The translations under genes were made by a program, and so were the position numbers. From positions 637,765 through 701,764 of the forward strand of contig MU004186.1 in assembly GCA_010093605.1 (NCBI GenBank): DNA of 64,000 nt. The letters are read 5' to 3'. The notes under the pieces are model-generated. The model worked only from the letters and a program-made list of their open reading frames with translations. It did no database searches and was not told the DNA's origin. Source of the stretch: Lophium mytilinum (lineage: Eukaryota). This document shows, one piece after another, positions 1-12,057 of this stretch (position 1 is the stretch's first letter; each line of letters starts with the position of its first letter).

Positions 1-741
1 GACATCGAAAAGATCATCGTCAACACCCTGAGTGTTGTCAAAGGCGCCCTTTTTATCGCCGGCAACACGCATCTCACAGATATCTCCATGCCTAATCTCC
101 TCTCAGCTGGGAGCTTGGATATTCGGAACAATACCTTGGTTGAGTCGATCGATGGGTTCGGCCAACTTGGTAAAGTGATTGGGAATGTCGAGCTTGGTGG
201 CAACTTCAGCAAGTAAACGTTTTGGCCTCTTCTCGCGCATCGCTTTCATATCTGACCGCCGATTAGAGTCCTGCTTCCAGACCTGAAAAGCGCAGGCCCG
301 CTCTCAATCAACACTACGAATACCGCCATGGACTGCGCGACCTTCGACGACTATCTGAACGAAGGGATTCTGCAGTCCTACACCTGCAATGGGAAAGTAC
401 ACCAGGCAGTCGGTAGCCCGTCGACATCTGTGTCCTCGAGCACGTCTTCTCCTGCACAAACGTCTACAACCGGAAACAAAGGTCTGTCCGTGGGTGCGAA
501 GGCGGGGATAGGTGTTGGCGTCGCCGTCGCAGCTGTAGCCTTGCTCTCTGTCGGTGGCTTTCTTCTCTTCCGGCGGCGTAGACGGGGAGCTCAGCCCCCC
601 ACAGTTGACGCGGCTATCAAACCTGAACTCGACGGGGAGGATCATTGGGGGAAAACTCGAGTCGAAGAATCCCAAGAGCTACCTACTGGTCAAGATGCTG
701 TGGAGCTGGAGGCTCCTCATCATGTTAGTGAGCTTGGCTAA
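1..741 (+). CDS. 3' part of an Ecm33/Sps2-like (receptor-L-domain repeat) cell-surface protein with Ser/Thr stalk, one TM helix and cytosolic tail; exons <1-212, 267-741
   Basis: Frame 1 reads DIEKIIVNTLSVVKGALFIAGNTHLTDISMPNL...GNVELGGNFS. Intron GTAAAC(213)...CTGAC...TAG(266) joins in frame to KVLLPDLKSAGPLSINTTNTAMDCATFD...YTC (Ecm33-type repeats and terminal Cys pair), then GLSVGAKAGIGVGVAVAAVALLSVGGFLLFRRRRR (TM). 5' end lies outside the window. Confidence 0.75.
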
Positions 742-859
742 GTTTTACTCTACTTGTCAGGGAGTAGCAGTAAAGACTCCGACAGGCGCAAGTCACTTCT
801 TGTATATAGCCTCACCCTCCTCCAAATCAGTAATGTTATTGGACTGAAGTGGAGCCGCG

Positions 860-1420
860 GAAGTCTTTACTCTACTCCACTCTAGGAAAAACGTAATCAA
901 GCTCTGTATATAATGCTAAGATAAGGAGAGAGGGAAGAACCTAAGGTAGCCTAGCGCAGATACACCACGTGCAAGGCTGGAAGGGGGGAAAGCTAGCTAA
1001 AGGTTAGCTATTAAGTATTATAGACTTTACAACATTAATCCATATCAAGTAAATGTTCCTGTGATAACACTATCTCACTCCCTTCTTCTTCTTCTTCTTC
1101 TTCTTCTACGTCTTCCCCTCCTCTTCCTCTCACGTCTTGTTATCTAATTAAGTAAGTTCTTATTTCACGCAATGTAACATCAGTTGATATTCTCTTACAA
1201 ACCTTATCAGAACCCCTGCAGCCCTGATAGCCCTTCATCCATTTATGTAGCAGGCTATTGAGACTGGCTCCAGAAGTAGAAGTAAAGCCTCCATCTACTC
1301 ATTTCTTATTAGCTGCAGTGAAGAAAAAATCACGGCTCTAACCCTCTCTTTCTTCTTTATTATTATCACCTAATATATCACGTACACGGCCTACGTCTCC
1401 TCCTTCCGTGACACCACTGC
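860..1420. other. TpA-rich degenerate sequence, possible RIP-mutated repeat/transposon relic; includes a (CTT)n tract at ~1082-1107
   Basis: Excess of TA/TAG/CTA words and no intact ORF; the minus strand holds an acidic poly-Glu-like remnant. No terminal repeats recognised. Confidence 0.3.
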
Positions 1421-1499
1421 TTCCGCTTACAATCGAAATCTACTTTGTCAGGTGCCCATTCTCGGCTTGAACTTCTTTTGGTATATGTAGCATCTGAAC

Positions 1500-3190
1500 T
1501 CATTTGTATCTACTAAAACACAAACTCGCATTTGTGCCTCCGAAGCCGAAGCTATTCGATAGTGCAACGTCGACATGATGGTCTTGAGGAGTGTGCGGGA
1601 CGTAATTGCAATTGAAATCAATCGCAGGGTCGCCGGGGTTATCAAGGTTGAGCGTTGGCGGCAGAGTATTCTAACGCATCCGTAAGTAGAGATATAGAAA
1701 AAAGAAATCAGCAAACTCACATGATGCAGTGCCAGAATAGTGAATATGGCCTCCACCGACCCAGCCGCGCCGAGCACATGCCCAATCGCGCCTTTAGTAC
1801 TGCTCACGTTGATCTCTGACGCCTTCGCCTTACCGTTTTCTCCGAGGAGTAGGTCTTTAATCGCTCTATTCTCCGCCGCGTCACCCAACGGCGTCGACGT
1901 GGCATGAGCGTTGACATAATCAACTTGTGCTGGTTCAAGACCAGCATGCTTCAGCGCCCGCCTCATCGCCAAAAACGGCCCCTGCCCATCCTCCCTCGGC
2001 GCCGTCATGTGGTGCGCGTCAGACGAGAGGCCATACCCGCTCAATTCAGCATAAATCTTCGCCCCGCGTGCCTTTGCGTGCTCGAGCTCCTACATCCCAG
2101 CATTAGCACTACCCCAAAACATCCTTCCAATCCTTCCAATCCTTTGTTAGGCTTTGTATACACGCACCTCGAGCACAACAACCCCAGCCCCCTCCCCAAT
2201 AACGAACCCCGCACGCTCCCTATCAAACGGTCGCGACGCCAGCTGCGGTGCATCGTTCCACGCCGTAGCGAGGCTCCTCGCGCGCGCGAAACCCGCGATG
2301 GCGAGCGGGTGGATGCAGGCCTCGGCGCCGCCGGCGACCATGACGTCTGCGTCGCCGAAGCTGATGAAGCGCGCGGCGTCGCCGATGCTGTGGGCGCCGG
2401 TGGTGCAGGCGGTGGTGGCGGCGTGGTTGGGGCCCTAGAGGATTCTCAGTAACGGAGCGCGACAGTGAGGAGATGGGGATGTACAGACTTTGAAGCCATA
2501 GCGCATGGAGATATGGCCAGCGGCTAGATTGATAAGGAGGCGGGGGACGAAGAGGGGAGAGACTTTGCGGTAGCCCTGGGGTAGATTAGACACGTATGTG
2601 AAGAAACGGGAGGAACGGGAAGACCTACCCCCTTCTCATATGCCAGCGTAGTATCATAAACATCATCCAAACTCCCAATCCCCGACCCAATATAAACCCC
2701 CTACCCCCCAATCAGCCTCACCATCCTCATCACGTGATATCATTCACGCCACACATACCGTCGCCATCAAATCCTCCTCCGCCGTAGGGTACCAACTCGC
2801 ATCCGCTAACGCCTCCTCCGACGCAACCATTGCATACTGCGCAAACTTCGCCATCTTGCGCTCATCCTACCACCCTAGTCAGCGTTTGAACCCCTTAGTA
2901 GTGCAAGAAGCTCACCCCAGCCCTCAACCACTCCTTCGCATTCCACCCGCCATCCGCGCGCGCTCCCTCAGCAACGATCCCAGCAACTTGGCTCGGTAGG
3001 GCTGCGAACTGTGGGCTGCGGGCGGCGATGGAGACGATGCCGCTGTCGCCGGTGAGGAGGCGCGTCCACGTGCGGCGGACACCTGGGCTTCATGTCGGCC
3101 GATGATTCGGTTCAGAGTTCAGTGAGAGGGGAAATTACCTATGCCGAGCGGCGTGATAGCGCCGAGGCCTGTTATCACCACTCTTCGCAT
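1500..3190 (-). CDS. CEM1: Mitochondrial 3-oxoacyl-[ACP] synthase (type II FAS beta-ketoacyl synthase, OXSM/Cem1), multi-exon
   Basis: Starts [18 protein letters not shown] (ATG 3190). Contains [18 protein letters not shown] (catalytic Cys), [14 protein letters not shown] and [15 protein letters not shown]; ends [18 protein letters not shown] (stop 1500-1502). Several short GT-AG introns. Confidence 0.92.
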
Positions 3191-3886
3191 TGCATGGTTT
3201 GATGGGTGGTGGTGGTTCGAGGGGACTTTTTTTGATGATGCAGGTGGTGGTTGAGGGATCGCAGGGATCGTTAAAGACTGGCACGCTACTGCGAAGCGAG
3301 GTATGCTGGTGGGAGATCGGGATCGGCGGGGATGAGTAAATACACTTCATGGGTATCTACGCGATGAGCGCGGGGATTTGGCGTGTGATTAGTGACATTG
3401 GTAATCGGAATATCCTCTGTCAAAGTCGTGCGTACTTGCTAATGCGATTCATTCGCACAGATATGCATGCTACGGAAAAAATCGCGATTTCGTTCCGATT
3501 CGCTTACCATCTTGTGGTTTTATGCATCATACTATTCACAGTCGTAGCATCACGAAGTAAGCAGGCAAGCAATTGAAGTACCCAGTAGTGTGTAGGCATC
3601 ATTTGATTGCTACTACCGTCCAGATAGCCTCCAGGATCAAGACCGACCGACATCGGTCACGAATCGAATATATATGTACAATTGGAAACCCCCAAAGCGC
3701 CGCGCATAAAGTGTCGGGCGCTTTTCCATTCCCCACAGATGCGCCATGTACTCGTAAACCCAAACCCCCAGACAAACATGACACACAATGACTGCTTAGC
3801 CAACACCGTAGTTAAGACCGAAGCATAGTTCCTGATATTCCCGAGTATTCCCCAGAACAGCTAGAAACTTGAACGGGTAAAAACGT

Positions 3887-5851
3887 TCAGTGCTTGTGCA
3901 GATGCGCCGCCAAATGGCGGCGGTGCTTGGGCTTGTAGCCGCCTGCGCCGGGCCCTACAGTAACTGTCTCTGTGTTGGTCACGGTGGTGTAGATCGTCTG
4001 CTTTCCACCACATGCACCTGTACCAACTGCACCGGCTGTCACGTGGACAGTAGGAGTGATAGTAACATAAACGGGTGCCTTGCAACCGCCTTCGGATGGA
4101 GAAGTAGGAACGGCCGCGGCGGTAGAGACGGCAGCGAGGGATGACGCGCCATTGGGTGCGCCAGGGCTTGATGCCACAGGGCTAGAGACGACGGCCGCAA
4201 CTGAAGTCTCGCTGGCTACGGCGGGAGATGAGGCACTATAAGGGACCTCAGGGCCTCCGGGAACGGCGCTAGACTTGACAGCCGCAACTGAAGTCTCGCT
4301 GGCTACGGCGGGAGATGAGGCGCTATAAGGGACCTCGGGGCCTCCGGGAACGGCGCTAGACTTGACAGCCGCAACGGTGGTCTCGCCAGCTGGGGCGCTG
4401 CTGGCTTCGGAAAGGAAAACGAAGCTCGCGCTTCCGGTGCTGTATGCAGCGCCCTCAGAGGTAGCAGTAGCCTCGCCGACGCCTTTACCTGGGAGACTGA
4501 GGCTGAAACCCGCGTAGGTCTCGGTCGAGCTGACATCAGCTGCTTGGACGGACGTCGAGCTATAAGCGGCGGACGTATCAACCTTGGAAGAGACTGCGGA
4601 CGAGGCTGACGAAGCCGCGGATGACACGACCGAAGAAGCAGCCGCAAGAGACGTCGCAGCACTGACATAGCTAGGCTTGGGCGTGCTGATCGCGGTAGCA
4701 GAGTAGCCGGCGCCGGTGACGGCAGTAGCGAGCGCAGGACCGTACTGGAGAGGGTTGCAGCCAGGAAGCTTCTCCATGAATTCAATATCGTCACCGGGGA
4801 ACTCTGGGGTAGCGAAGCAGTTCTCGTAGTTAGAGTCATCCGAGTTGACGTTTTCTTCGCCGAAGAATGCGTTGAATTCGTCGTCGCCACAGCCGCAACC
4901 GCACTGGAGACCGTCTGCGCCGATGGCCTTTTCGAGGATGCCATCTTCCCATCCATTAGCCTGTTCGCGGCGTTAGTGGTGACAGACTTTGTTAGATCAA
5001 TAGTGACGGCAACTTACAAAGTCAGCGTGGAAGCCCTTGCCGGTGGGATCGCCGTTGGACAGCGCCCAGGGGGTCTCGTCGGCGGTGTAGGAGCCATCAA
5101 AGGAGGTGACGTCCCACCAGAACTCGATGAAGATGGCAGGGAAGCGAGCCTTTTGGAAACCAGTGGGGCACTTATCGATACCTGAGCCTGATCCAGTGGG
5201 GTAAGCCATGTGCGCATTGGGTTCTTTCGGGTCGATGGGGTTGCCGTTCCAGCATGACGGGAAGGTAAGCTGTGTAGCGAATCCCTCGCTGCAAGACGTG
5301 AAGCCCGACGGGAATCCAGGCTTGTCACCGATACGGCTGTAGTTGTCGCCCAGGCAAGCCCATGACACGCCAGCATCTGCTACCATGTCGTCGTCGCTAC
5401 GAGCCTTGGATTCTCCGGCAATCATCATGAAGTCCTTGGGAAACATGTCGGGCTTGTAGGTGACATCGTTGTCGCCGTACTTATAGTAGACCTTCTTGTA
5501 CAACTCTGGGACTTTGTAGAAGCCAGTGTCGTTCTTGAAGTGGAGGGTAGGGTTCCAGTAGATGGACTTGTCCTGCTTCATCTTGGCCGTGGTGCAGGTA
5601 CTGGCCTGCAGTTGGGAGGTGCTAATGGTCGAACCGATGTTGTTGCCACCGTCGAAGGAGTGCAGATGAGGCGACTCGGCGCCAGGGTTGATAGCGGGAT
5701 CGATCCTCTGGTAGCTCAAGGACTTGCCGCCGCGGTTGTACATGGAGAAGTATGGACCATAGCAGAAATCGCCAGGACCGGTGATAGCGGTGGCGGTGGC
5801 AGCGAGGCCGGCCAAGATGGCAACGGCCGAGGTTTTGAGATCGGTATACAT
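3887..5851 (-). CDS. Secreted DUF1996-domain protein with Ser/Ala/Pro-rich C-terminal tail; one intron at ~4961-5017
   Basis: Signal-peptide-like start; DUF1996 motifs RIDPAINPG-SPHLHSFDGG, DKSIYWNPTL, FPSCWNG, GDPTGKGFHADF|ANGW (spliced via GTAAGT...CTAAC...CAG); continues into ORF 3887-4777. Confidence 0.85.
4194..4367. repeat. Two near-identical 87-bp tandem units inside the DUF1996 gene (VKSSAVPGGPEVPYSASSPAVASETSVAA x2)
   Basis: Unit starts gccgcaactgaagtctcgc at 4194 and 4281; a partial third start at 4368. Confidence 0.9.
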
Positions 5852-7729
5852 GTTGGGGAGGTAAAGTGGGTCTCGTTTTGGTTAGGTCGCTAAAGGGTTG
5901 ACTGTGGTGGATCTGGGTTGCGATATTTCCTAATGTGGTAATGAGTGTGGTCGGAGTCTCAGACTCGCGAAGAAGAAAGGAGTGACTGAAGCGATGGACA
6001 AGAAAGAGAGCGGTAGGCCTGTACCTGAAGCTGGATGCCCGAAAAGAGTGAGGCAGAGGGTGGTGAAAGAGAGAGGTGGGGGGTGGAGGGAGGTTATTTA
6101 GCTGGCTGACGATGCAACAAACCGCTGGAGCCCTGCGTGCGCCACCGTCAGGGGTCTCGCGGGGCACACCAACACCGGGCCAGCAAACGAAACAGCCAGC
6201 GGAACGTTGTTTTGCAGCGCCAGCGCAAAGACGGCAGCATTCCCTAGTGTAATGCTTGGTGCTGTATCTTACAGCTATCTGTCGCTTACGGAGGACTACC
6301 TGGCCAATTGAGATGCCTGCTGCTGCTCCTTGCCGTTCCTTACCGCCAGGAACAGGAAAGACGCCATGCCACCGGGAAATGCTAAAAACGCCACGTTCCT
6401 CCCGCCAGGAACACGAAACAACACCATGGGCAGCGGGAGCGGCCCAGGCTTTTGGCGCTGACTGCCGAAATTGCCAGCCACAGGGGTCAAGGGGCCAAGG
6501 ATTGTGATATCTCCCTAGCCTAGAATAGCTTGACCCCTTGCTCAACACCAAGCGCGAGAGAGTTGCTTTCACCAGCGCCATCTTCGCATCGCGAGAGCCA
6601 AACACACGCCTTCAGCTCTTCACGCTGCGCTGTCACAACCTGCTGTGCGCCCTTGGGATAGCGGCGGTTGCATGGCTGGTGTGACCAGTCCAGCGGCTGG
6701 CGAGCGCGCGATTCGCTGTGGCTGATGCTCAAACACTGGCCCGATGCGAACCTCCTTCGTCAATCTCCTGCGTCTCACCGTGGCCCGTTTCCTCGACTCC
6801 CTTTCTTTCCACCGCCCCCGCGTCACCGACCCCATCTCGGAGTCTGCGCCGTCTGCATCGCCATCCGCTGGGATCACCGTTGCTTATTCCAGCCGTATTC
6901 CAGGCCCGCGAATCCTTTCGGTGCAGTCGAGCGACCCGACCGAGTCGGGATGCCGGCCGGAATCGTATGCCGATAGCTCGTTTTTCGGACCACATTGGGC
7001 ACGCGAGGATGCCTTGAAACATCGTCTCTAGCTGGATGAGTAAAATGTATGTTTATAGACTGGAACATAACTGTGCCAAAGAAAGGACCAAGCGATGCGG
7101 CTTTGTTTACCAGTCCAGCTCGTTAACCCAGGCGAGTTCACTTGAGCCAGCCTCTGTAGTTTTCTGGATCCCCACCAAAAGTATGACACGCGTGTTCTGT
7201 AACCTTCTCGGAAATAGGTGGCGTTCAATAAATAACCTCAGAATAGCCTTTTCATGGATAAAAATCCTCCTTATATAATGCACCGTACTTTTGCCAATGC
7301 CAGCCGCGTAGGATCAAAGCCCTACCTACATAGTATGTGCGGCTCGGTCTTTCGATCCTTTGAATAGGTCAGATTAACCAATAAGCTCAGGGATCTTCCG
7401 GTGGGTGGACTGGAAGAGGCCTGCGTCTTGTGGATGGGGGACGCCAGGTAGGCTATGCTGTAGCCCTCGCATTCGCACTGGCCTTTTCGATTTACGTCCG
7501 TGTCGACAGAGAAAACGGACGGAGCAAGTCCATGTTCTGTTGACATCCCAGCTCCCGTCAAGGGTTCTTCATTGAACCTCCTTGTTCTGCTGCTCCTAGT
7601 ATTCCTTCCGATGACCTCTTGTTTTATCTTCAAGAAAACAATCAAATAGGTCCACATGCGACATTGAAGACTTGCAAGCTCCCGACCGTTGTTTGAGGTG
7701 GCGCTCGATTGATGACGAAGAAAAAGTCG

Positions 7730-8520
7730 TCACGCGTCTGATGGAAAAGACCATTCGAACTCATGATAATGCCACTGCGCTCTACTCTTAATTTCGTGTA
7801 CAATCTCCTCGCCCTGTTCGCGATTCTGTGCCTCGAATATACATTCTTTCACTTCATTGCCATCAACAGCGAGCTTGACCTCGTCGGGACGTAGTCTCCC
7901 GGTTTTACGGTCCGATATTTTGCTAATTGGTATTTCCGTAGTCTTGCCCGGCTTGAGGTTGAACGGCAAGTCACTAGGCCGTATTTCTAGCCAGTCGTGT
8001 AGGTAGTCCCCATCCAGCATGACGGTGCACTCGCTCTTGGGACGGAGCCGTTTGATGCGCTTCACAGTATATTTGCGGATAGTGGGTCAGTCGTCTTTGA
8101 CGTCCTTGTTCTCCAGGCCTGGGCTCGGATCCTCGTCAAGATGGTCGAAAACATTCGGCCGGATGGCTTCCGCACTCGCGCTGGACGATTTTTGGCCCTG
8201 CTTTTAGGGATGAGGAGCATATTTTTATGAAGACTACCAAAGTGACGACTTACAGCTGAACCCACAAGAGTTTTACCACTAAGTGTATTGTCAAATTCCA
8301 TTTGGTTGAATAGCTCTTCCATCTTCTGCAACTTTCTCTTTTCGCGTTCAGTGAGCTCGGCGTCAGCATGTTGCAATTCGTCTCGATGTCGGTTCGGCTG
8401 CTCGCCAGTCATCACCTCCCCTTCACCGTCCTTATTGTTGGGAATAAAGGCTTCAACCGTTCTTTTCCCTCTCTCCTCACTTGGAACTGAGCTATGAACT
8501 ACTCCTCCGCTCCGAGAATC
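7730..8520 (-). pseudogene. 3' remnant of a gene ending in a SIN1/Avo1-like PH domain; in-frame TGA at 8087-8089; 5' part lost in an AT-rich/MULE island
   Basis: Putative intron 8198-8253 (GTAAGT...CAG) links ORF 8062-8415 in frame to ...KDVKDD*PTIRKYTVKRIKRLRPKSECTVMLDGDYLH...PGKTTEIPISKI...FEAQNREQGEEIVHEIK, which resembles the SIN1 PH consensus as recalled. Confidence 0.55.
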
Positions 8521-8617
8521 ACTAGTATTTATTTATAGGCTTATAGAAGAAAAAAAGTAGCTTAATAGTAAAATTAATCTAGTAGAAATTACTTTTAATT
8601 AATATCTATTTTTTAAT

Positions 8618-9476
8618 GGGGGCTAGTACTGGTACCCCCCCTAATTAGTGCAAGTACACCCCCTTTTTGGTGCGCGTACACCCCCCATCTCGTCCAGTCT
8701 TCTGATTGGCCCGGAGGGGTCCTCCGAGGCCTCCAATTCGCTCGCTTAACTCGCCCACGATTTTTGAATGCTCTCGCCAAGTGCGGCGTGCCTACAATCT
8801 ATCACATCCTTATCCTCATCCTCCACAATACACCCCCTCCACCTCTCACCATGGCTCTCCTGCCGCCACAGCTTAGCTACTACGCTACGGCAGAGGAAGC
8901 GCATGCTGCTATATAAGCGCACGCCTCTGCGCAGGGCTACGGCTTAGTGAAGTACTGTAGTAAACCGGACAAAACTGCGGCTAAAGTCATTCGTAAGATA
9001 TGGTATAGGTGTGATATGGAGGGGTTGATGGATCAGGATAGCTAGGGAGGCGCGGCGGCGATGTAGGGGGGCCAGGTTTGATGCGGAGAGGCCGTAATAA
9101 GGTGAGGATTTAACTGTTTTGGCATGCTTATAGGCATATAGGCACGTAGGTAGCAATATAACCGCCTATATACACTATAGGAAACGGGAAGTATGCATGG
9201 TAAAACGGGTATGCTGCACAGCCTTGCCATAAGTAGCCTTATCTACGGCTTTATCTACGGCCTCATCTACGGCCTCACGCGCAGCTGAGTATAGGCTGTT
9301 AGAAACGGTAAGAATGCACGATGAAATGGGAAGGCTGTGCAGCCTTACTATGAAGCGCCGGAGCAGTGTTCCGAGCCCTCCGGGCCAATTAGAAGACTGG
9401 ACGAGATGGGGGGTGTACGCGCACCAAAAAGGGGGTGTACTCGCACTAATTAGGGGGGGTACCAGTACTAGCCCCC
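8618..9476 (+). mobile_element. Internally deleted Mutator-like (MULE) DNA transposon, 101-bp TIRs, 8-bp TSD TTTTTAAT
   Basis: 8618-8718 is the reverse complement of 9376-9476 (2 mismatches); TTTTTAAT at 8610-8617 and 9477-9484. From ATG 8851 it reads MALLPPQLSYYATAEEAHAAI*AHASAQGYGLVKYCSKPDKTAAKVIRKIWYRCD, a typical fungal MULE transposase N-terminus with a CAA>TAA-type stop. Confidence 0.9.
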
Positions 9477-9733
9477 TTTTTAATACTTCAATAGAGAAAT
9501 CTATATAATTAGAAAAAATAGCTAAGAGTAATTAGAAACTTAAATAACTAAGTAATTAATTACGCTATACTAGCCGTTTTCTACTAATATAATAGAGCTG
9601 TAATCTCTACTTAAAAACTAAAAACATAAATAAATAGTCGGCTGGTTAATTTCTTTGCATAATCTAGCGACAAGGTAGAGCTAGACCCGAAAAAACATCA
9701 AGCAATAACTTTCGAAAGCCATCAATAAGGCTC

Positions 9734-11425
9734 TTACCCCTCGGTCTCCGTCACATTATTTCCAGCATCTACAAGCTTTATAGCCTCCAAGATGGTTAAC
9801 CTCGGCTTCAGGTCTCTTACCTTAGGCTTTAGGTCTGAATACCCTCTTCGCAAAAACAAGAATTTGGAACTCACGGAACTAGTCGCACACTTCGTCCCTG
9901 TGACATCTTGACAAGTGCCAGCTTCAGATCCACAGTCGGTGTTGATGCAACGGTCGCTACCTGAACAGTCGGCGTCACTGTTGCAATCGGCCCCACAGCC
10001 TTCGTCACCGTCGACGCAGACTCCTGCGCCGGTAGAGACAAATGCGAAGCAAGTGCAATCCGTGCCCGATCCGCAGCTGGAGTACGAGCCACTGTTTCGC
10101 ACGTACGGGGATGAACAAGAATAAGAATCTGTTGTCGCCAATGGCGTTGCTGTTGCAGTGGCAGTCTCTGTGATGGTCAAACTCACGGTTGTCGTCGTAA
10201 TCATCGTCATAATAGTCGTAGCAGTTACGTCGATAGTTGACGTGAGGGATAACGTCGTTGTTGTAGTTGCCGTCACGGATCTGCGGAAGAGTCAGAGACC
10301 TGGCTTGGAAACTGCTGATTGGAAAATACTGATTTTTTAAACTTACGCGGTGCTTGTTGACGTGACGCTGGAAATTCCCGTCGCGGTGACCAAGTTGCTT
10401 ATTATTGGAACAGAAGTCACGGTGGTTGTGAGAGGTTTTTCGATGCAGGTACAGAGGCTGGCTACAACTGCACTGCCACTGAATAGCAAGCTGCTGAAAA
10501 TCGCTACTGGGCCAGCTTGCGTTGTTGAGGTAGGTGTGGTCGAAGGAGCCTTGGCTGAGGGAGACGTGCTCGAAGGAGCTTTGGCTGAGGGAGACGTGCT
10601 CGAAGGAGATTTGGCTGAGGGAGACGTGCTTGAAGGAGCCTTGACCGAGGAAGACGTGCTCGAAGGAACCTTGGTTGAAGAGTGCGTGCTCGAAGGAGCC
10701 TTAGCGGAGGAGTGCGTGCTTGAAGGAGCCTTCGCTGAGGAGTGCGTGCTCGAAGGAGCCTTAGCGGAGGAGTGCGTGCTTGAAGGAGCCTTGGCTGAGG
10801 CTGTAGGCATGGTTAAAAGAGCCTTGGTGGTAGTTCATTCGGTACAAGGCTTACTTCGGGGTTTAGGCGTGGGCGAAGTAGCCTTGGGGGCGGGGGTCGA
10901 GCTCGAATGACCCCCGTATGCTTGAGCAAAGCGCTTCTTTTTCTTGTCATTTGAGGCCGCCACTGTTACTGTTACCGTGACGGTGGTTTCAGTGTCGGTC
11001 TTTATCGCCGTGTAGGTCTGCGTGTAGGTAATCGTCAAAACAGTTACAGTAATGCTATCAGTTGAAACTGTGCTCGTGATTGTTGCGGTATCGACAGTGG
11101 TGGTCCTGTTCACTTGTTAGCTAAATTAAGAGATAAGTAGCCCATTCTAGCTAAAAACTCACGTTGCGAGCGAGGCAGACACGGTCGTAGTAGAGGTAGT
11201 AGTCGCCACTGTCGTTGTCACAGTTGACGGGACAGCCGTCAGAGTGACAGTCGCCTTGGGAACGGGGAAGTGGGAGGAACAGTAAGATTGAGCAACAGAA
11301 CAGCTAGCTAATTCTGAGACGATAACTTCATTAACACTGCCGCAGCTGGCTGCCGCAATAAGGGAGGGAAGGAACAGTAATGCAGACAAGGCATCGTAAA
11401 GCCGCGTTGATCGGAGAGAAACCAT
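9734..11425 (-). CDS. Secreted Thr/Ser-rich (mucin-like) protein with Cys-rich C-terminal domain; multi-exon; in-frame TGA at 10835-10837 (45-nt intron or nonsense mutation)
   Basis: Signal peptide MVSLRSTRLYDALSALLFLPSLIAAASC; introns ~11109-11162 and ~10281-10346; Thr-rich tracts, KKR site, C-terminal CSSP...CGSGTDCTC...CVDGDEGCGADCNSDADCSGSDRCINTDC. Confidence 0.7.
10541..10800. repeat. 30-bp coding minisatellite, ~9 units (SAKAPSSTHS/SAKAPSSTSP)
   Basis: Recurring (c/t)gaaggagccttggctgagg(gagac/agtgc)gtgct every 30 bp. Confidence 0.95.
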
Positions 11426-11667
11426 TTTTGGCAGCACTCAATGAGAGTAAGAAGGATGATGCTTTTACGACCCAAGGGGAATTGACAGACGAGAAAAAGT
11501 GCTTCGGCCAGGAGCCATATAGGCGAGGTAGGAGGTACTACAGCACAACTGCCTTACGCGTTCGAGAATTGAGGCTTTCGTGCCCATGCTGAGATCTGGT
11601 TCTGGCCATTGTAAACTACCCTTGCCGCCACCTACACGCTATCCACGACATGCGAGAAGGGGCTGTA

Positions 11668-12057
11668 CTGTGGTATCCGGCGTATCTTTTGTACAGTCTT
11701 TTGACACGTCCGGTGACCCAACGCTAAACTGAGTCGATCCTGGTATTCCTCTTTTCCGGGCTAGAACTTAAGCGACTCGAGAATTGGTTGGTCAGAAGGG
11801 TGCTATTCCTCCCTAAAGGCGCTCGGAGTCGCTCCTTTATACGGTAAGTTTGTGGCTTGGTATTAGAGGTCCACCGGACGTGTCAAGCTTTTGTAGGTGG
11901 AGCCGCTAAGGATGTCAGCAGCGGGGATCAAAACACAGACCAAAACAAGGGATTTCACCAATCAACTCTTCAGAATTCACGTTACCGAGAAGCCGTGCGC
12001 TTACCGAGATGAAAACACTAGCGGCTCCACCTACAAAAGATACGCCGGATACCACAG
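11668..12057. mobile_element. TA-flanked MITE (host element, ~188 bp without insert) with 39-bp TIRs; left TIR interrupted by a second MITE
   Basis: TA|CTGTGGTATCCGGCGTATCTTTTGTA[insert]GGTGGAGCCGCTA ... TAGCGGCTCCACCTACAAAAGATACGCCGGATACCACAG|TA: a perfect inverted repeat once 11694-11895 is removed. Confidence 0.9.
11694..11893. mobile_element. 200-bp TA-flanked MITE (Tc1/mariner-type), same family as 13195-13398, nested in the host MITE's TIR
   Basis: TA at 11692-93 and 11894-95; ends CAGTCTTTTGACACGTCCGGTGA...CCACCGGACGTGTCAAGCTTTTG; internal blocks (aaactgag, cttttccgggcta, ggtaagt.tgtggcttg) shared with 13195-13398. Confidence 0.85.

Noticed and set aside
1500..3190. Polyketide synthase
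   Set aside because: Stand-alone ~430-aa FabF-type KS with no AT/ACP domains; it is the mitochondrial FAS II enzyme.
5622..7068. Long ORFs 5622-6605 and overlapping ORFs to 7068
   Set aside because: No recognisable motifs, non-ATG starts, overlap with the DUF1996 gene in another frame; likely GC-rich upstream region.
10350..10910. + strand ORF with VLEGALAEE repeats
   Set aside because: Antisense shadow of the 30-bp coding minisatellite.
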